A stretch of DNA of 42,434 nucleotides from positions 1-42,434 of the IMG/VR virus record IMGVR_UViG_3300017788_000059; one strand, given 5' to 3'. This stretch comes from a virus (taxonomy: Duplodnaviria; Caudoviricetes). Under the pieces are notes generated by a model. The model had not been told where the DNA came from. It saw only the letters and a program-made list of their open reading frames with translations, and made no database searches. The position numbers were made by a program, and so were the translations under genes. The stretch's first letter is position 1. Every line of letters starts with the position of its first letter. Of the stretch, positions 39,151-42,434 are shown piece by piece.

Positions 39151-40149
39151 GTGACTAAGACTTTATTGGTGGATGGGGACAACCTATTCAAAATAGGATT
39201 TCACGGGGTTAAGGACCTCTACAATGACGGATCTCATATCGGTGGGGTATACCACTTCGTTAATACAATTAGACGATTCTTGGAAGGGTATGACTACGAT
39301 AAAGTGGTTGTGTTCTGGGATGGAGACTCAAACTCTTCCACAAGAAAGGCTTTATATCCTCAGTATAAGGCAAATCGTAGGTCAAGTATGAACGAATACA
39401 AGTATGAATCTTATTTGACACAGAAGGTAAGAGTCAAACAATACTTGGAAGAAGTTTTCGTCCGACAGGTTGAAATAAAAGACAACGAAGCGGATGATTT
39501 GATTGCCTATTATTGTAAGGTTGCTACCGATGAGGTGATTACCATTTTTTCGGCAGACAAAGATCTCACCCAATTACTATCCCCACAAGTTTCAATTTTT
39601 TCTCCTGGTACCAAATCAATTGTAAAATATGGTCAGAAGATAAAATTTAAAGACATCGAGGTGCCTCATGAGAATGTATTAGTTTGTAAAATTCTGATGG
39701 GAGACAAATCAGATAACATTGATGGAATTCTTGGGTTGGGTGAAAAAACTTTGTTGAAGTTCTTCCCCAAAATGTTGGAAAGATCATGCACTATTGAAGA
39801 AATTCTGGATATTGCACGAAAAATCCCACAAGAAAAACCTTCAAAAGTACTGTCTAATATTTTGACTGGTAGAACAAAAAGTGGTATACTTGGAGAACAA
39901 TACTACCAAATAAACAAAATGATTGTGGACCTCAAAAATCCATTAATCACTGAAGACGGAAAAAACATAGTTTTATCCGTTCACACAGAAGAACTAGACC
40001 CCACAGACAGAGGGTATAAGAATCTAATGAAATACATGATGGAGGACGGATTGTTCAAGTACCTACCTACCAACGATCAGGCTTGGGTCAACTTCTTGAA
40101 ACCATTCATGAAACTAATAAGAAAAGAAAAACGCAAAACTAAAAACTAA
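39151..40149 (+). CDS. 5'-3' exonuclease/flap endonuclease (T4 RNase H/PolI N-terminal-like)
   Basis: LLVDGDNL, YPQYKANR, EADDLIA, SADKDLTQL, GDKSDNIDGILGLGEKT; GTG start. Confidence 0.92.
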   Translation: MTKTLLVDGDNLFKIGFHGVKDLYNDGSHIGGVYHFVNTIRRFLEGYDYDKVVVFWDGDSNSSTRKALYPQYKANRRSSMNEYKYESYLTQKVRVKQYLEEVFVRQVEIKDNEADDLIAYYCKVATDEVITIFSADKDLTQLLSPQVSIFSPGTKSIVKYGQKIKFKDIEVPHENVLVCKILMGDKSDNIDGILGLGEKTLLKFFPKMLERSCTIEEILDIARKIPQEKPSKVLSNILTGRTKSGILGEQYYQINKMIVDLKNPLITEDGKNIVLSVHTEELDPTDRGYKNLMKYMMEDGLFKYLPTNDQAWVNFLKPFMKLIRKEKRKTKN

Positions 40150-40153
40150 AAAA

Positions 40154-40606
40154 ATGAAAGACCAAGAACAAGTCAAGATGGAATTTTTACTTACCTTAAA
40201 TGAAAACATAGTTGTACAAAGATTTTTCAATGTTAGGGGTTATAACCCTGATGCTAGACTGTCTACTGACCTATATGAATTCATGTACGATGTCAAAGAA
40301 AAGCTTCATAATTACTTGAAGATGAAAACAGTTGTTTACATGTTGGATAACAAGGAGGCTATCGTTCACGATCCAAAAATTATGGAAACTTCATTTACCG
40401 AAGGACCAGAAAATTTCCACATGTATGTTAAAATCGGTGATGAGACAATTTGTCATAGAATTTTTGATGGAAAACTTTATCCACCAAAAGTTCGGTATAC
40501 CGTAGATGTACGACCATTTTTAAAAGAAATTCTTTCAAACCTGACTGACATTTTTTCAAAATCGGAATTAAACCACAACTACTGCGGTGTTGAGCTAGTT
40601 TATTGA
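40154..40606 (+). CDS. Hypothetical protein
   Basis: 150-aa ORF tightly packed in the replication operon. Confidence 0.7.
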   Translation: MKDQEQVKMEFLLTLNENIVVQRFFNVRGYNPDARLSTDLYEFMYDVKEKLHNYLKMKTVVYMLDNKEAIVHDPKIMETSFTEGPENFHMYVKIGDETICHRIFDGKLYPPKVRYTVDVRPFLKEILSNLTDIFSKSELNHNYCGVELVY

Positions 40607-40640
40607 GTATTTATAAATTCAGGGTATAGGAGAATTAGAT

Positions 40641-42026
40641 ATGCAGAAAAATTTCGATTATTTAGGTAACACTTTTCAGGTTCAATTAGTAAATCAGATT
40701 ATAGTAGACAAAGACTTTTCACAAACTATAATGGATGTTTTGGAAACATCTTACTTTGACAACAAATATTTCAAAATGATTGTTGCTATGATCAAGGAGT
40801 ATTTCCAAAAATATCAATCTACACCTACTTTTGATACGTTAGAACAGATTGCCAAATCCGAGATTTCTACTGAGATGGTTCTTAAAATTATCTTGGATAC
40901 CATCAAACAAGTGAAAGACGCACCATTCGATGGGAGTGTTTTTGTACAAGAAAAAGCTTTGAAGTTCTGTAAACAACAAGAGTTACAGAAGGCAATGAAA
41001 CAAGCACAAAAAATCATTGATGAGGGTGATTTCGAATCCTACGATAAAGTTGAAGAACTTGTTAGAGATGCAATCCAAGTTGGAGAAAGAGACATGGGAA
41101 CAGGGGACGTGTTCGCTAACCTTGATGTTGTCTTGGATGAAGATTTCAGATCTCCAATACCAATTGGGATAAGAGGAATTGACAATCTTTTGAAAGGTGG
41201 TTTAGCCAAAGGTGAAATAGGTGTAATATTAGCACCTACTGGTGTGGGTAAAACAACAATCCTCACCAAAATTGCAAACACGGCATTCAACATGGGTTTT
41301 AATGTCGTTCAGGTTTTCTTCGAGGACAATCCGAAAATCATCCAAAGAAAACATTTCACATTGTGGACTGGTATTGAACCTGACAACCTCGTTTTACACA
41401 AAGAAAAGGTATTTGCAAAGATTCACGAGATTCAAAATTCTATGAGGAATAAGTTGGTGTTGAAAAAATTACCCTCTGATTCTTTAACCATGTTACAAAT
41501 TAAGAATCAAGTTAGAAAAATGATTGCTGATGGTGTTAAAATTGACGTGATTATCATGGATTATATTGATTGTATTATGCCTGAAAAGGTGTTAGGTGAT
41601 GAGTGGAAAAGTGAAGGGTCTGTTATGAGACATTTTGAAGCTATGTGTCACGAACTTGGATTAGTTGGGTGGACTGCAACTCAAGGTAATAGAAGTTCAA
41701 TTTCTTCTGAAGTTGTCACAACTGATCAAATGGGTGGGTCAATTAAAAAAGCACAAGTTGGACACGTTATTATCTCAGTCGCTAAAACCTTACAACAAAA
41801 AGAACTCAACTTAGCCACTATTGCAATTACCAAATCTAGAATTGGTAAAGACGGTATTGTATTCGAAAATTGTAAATTCAACAACGAACTACTCGAAATT
41901 GATACAGAAGCCTCTGTAACTTTCTTAGGTTTTGAAGAGCAACAAGAACAGAAAAAAGCTGACAGAGTGAAAGAGTTATTGGATAAAAGGAAACAGAGAG
42001 AACAACAACAAAGATTGACGAATTAA
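40641..42026 (+). CDS. dnaB: Replicative DNA helicase (DnaB/T4 gp41-like)
   Basis: APTGVGKT, IIMDYID, TATQGNR, KSRIG. Confidence 0.92.
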   Translation: MQKNFDYLGNTFQVQLVNQIIVDKDFSQTIMDVLETSYFDNKYFKMIVAMIKEYFQKYQSTPTFDTLEQIAKSEISTEMVLKIILDTIKQVKDAPFDGSVFVQEKALKFCKQQELQKAMKQAQKIIDEGDFESYDKVEELVRDAIQVGERDMGTGDVFANLDVVLDEDFRSPIPIGIRGIDNLLKGGLAKGEIGVILAPTGVGKTTILTKIANTAFNMGFNVVQVFFEDNPKIIQRKHFTLWTGIEPDNLVLHKEKVFAKIHEIQNSMRNKLVLKKLPSDSLTMLQIKNQVRKMIADGVKIDVIIMDYIDCIMPEKVLGDEWKSEGSVMRHFEAMCHELGLVGWTATQGNRSSISSEVVTTDQMGGSIKKAQVGHVIISVAKTLQQKELNLATIAITKSRIGKDGIVFENCKFNNELLEIDTEASVTFLGFEEQQEQKKADRVKELLDKRKQREQQQRLTN

Positions 42027-42168
42027 ATATCTCCGTCTTTGAAAAAAAACTAAAAAAAAACGACGTTTTTTTAATTAGAAATCGGGTCGATTGAGTGATG
42101 AACCTATATTTATCATTTAAAATCCCCGATTTTTTAATAAATTTAATTTTACAAAAATTCACAAAAAA

Positions 42169-42434
42169 ATGGACATTTCAAACCGAATACTCTCGAACAT
42201 TACAGTGTATATGAAATACGCTAAGTACCTCCCTGAGTTGAAGAGAAGAGAGACTTGGCAAGAGCTCGTAACAAGAAACATGGAGATGCATATCAAAAAG
42301 TTTCCTCAATTAGAAAAAGAAATACGTGAGAACTACATGTATGTTTATAAGAAACAAGTTCTCCCATCAATGAGATCGATGCAATTTGCGGGTAAACCAA
42401 TTGAGATATCCCCAAACAGAATTTATAACTGTGC
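42169..42434 (+). CDS. nrdJ: Class II (adenosylcobalamin-dependent) ribonucleotide reductase, 5' part (runs off window)
   Basis: Manual translation MDISNRILSNITVYMKYAKYLPELKRRETWQELVTRN...VLPSMRSMQFAG...RIYNC. Confidence 0.8.
   Translation, partial: MDISNRILSNITVYMKYAKYLPELKRRETWQELVTRNMEMHIKKFPQLEKEIRENYMYVYKKQVLPSMRSMQFAGKPIEISPNRIYNC

Noticed and set aside
6099-42026. Inteins or introns in polB, recA or dnaB
   Set aside because: Lengths are ordinary, catalytic motifs are contiguous, and no intein splice or LAGLIDADG motifs were seen
1-42434. Stop-codon reassignment as in some large Bacteroidota phages
   Set aside because: Long genes are intact in code 11; TAG and TGA both end genes at sensible boundaries (e.g. 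6002, 14725, 8888)
1-42434. tRNA, rRNA, integrase, transposase or DGR elements
   Set aside because: Intergenic gaps are short with no cloverleaf or T-loop signature; no RT or recombinase motifs seen by eye

Overview
AT-rich, gene-dense 42 kb fragment of a large T4-like contractile-tailed phage, read in the standard genetic code. Promoter shape and the scarcity of Shine-Dalgarno sites suggest a Bacteroidota host. From left to right: the 3' part of a Thr/Pro-repeat (TETP) + LamG virion-type protein; four translationally coupled glycosyltransferase-type genes (GT60/PF11397-like, GT25-like, HtrL/YibB-like, HtrL+GT-A fusion); a BppU-like protein; a family B DNA polymerase; a minus-strand block (small beta-rich protein, gp13-like neck protein, Mn-SOD fused to a nuclease-like domain, SNF2 helicase); a neck/tail/baseplate block (gp14- and gp15-like proteins, sheath, HAD-like protein, tube, tail chaperone with a candidate +1 frameshift, tape measure, very large baseplate proteins); and a replication block (gp32-like SSB, RecA/UvsX, 5'-3' exonuclease, DnaB, start of a class II RNR). 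The most interesting signals are a candidate phage-encoded mucin-type O-glycosylation system beside a mucin-like substrate, a SOD-nuclease-like fusion, an unannotated frameshift ORF, and a recurrent TATTTAT(A) promoter-like motif. All family assignments come from motif recognition by eye; no searches were run.
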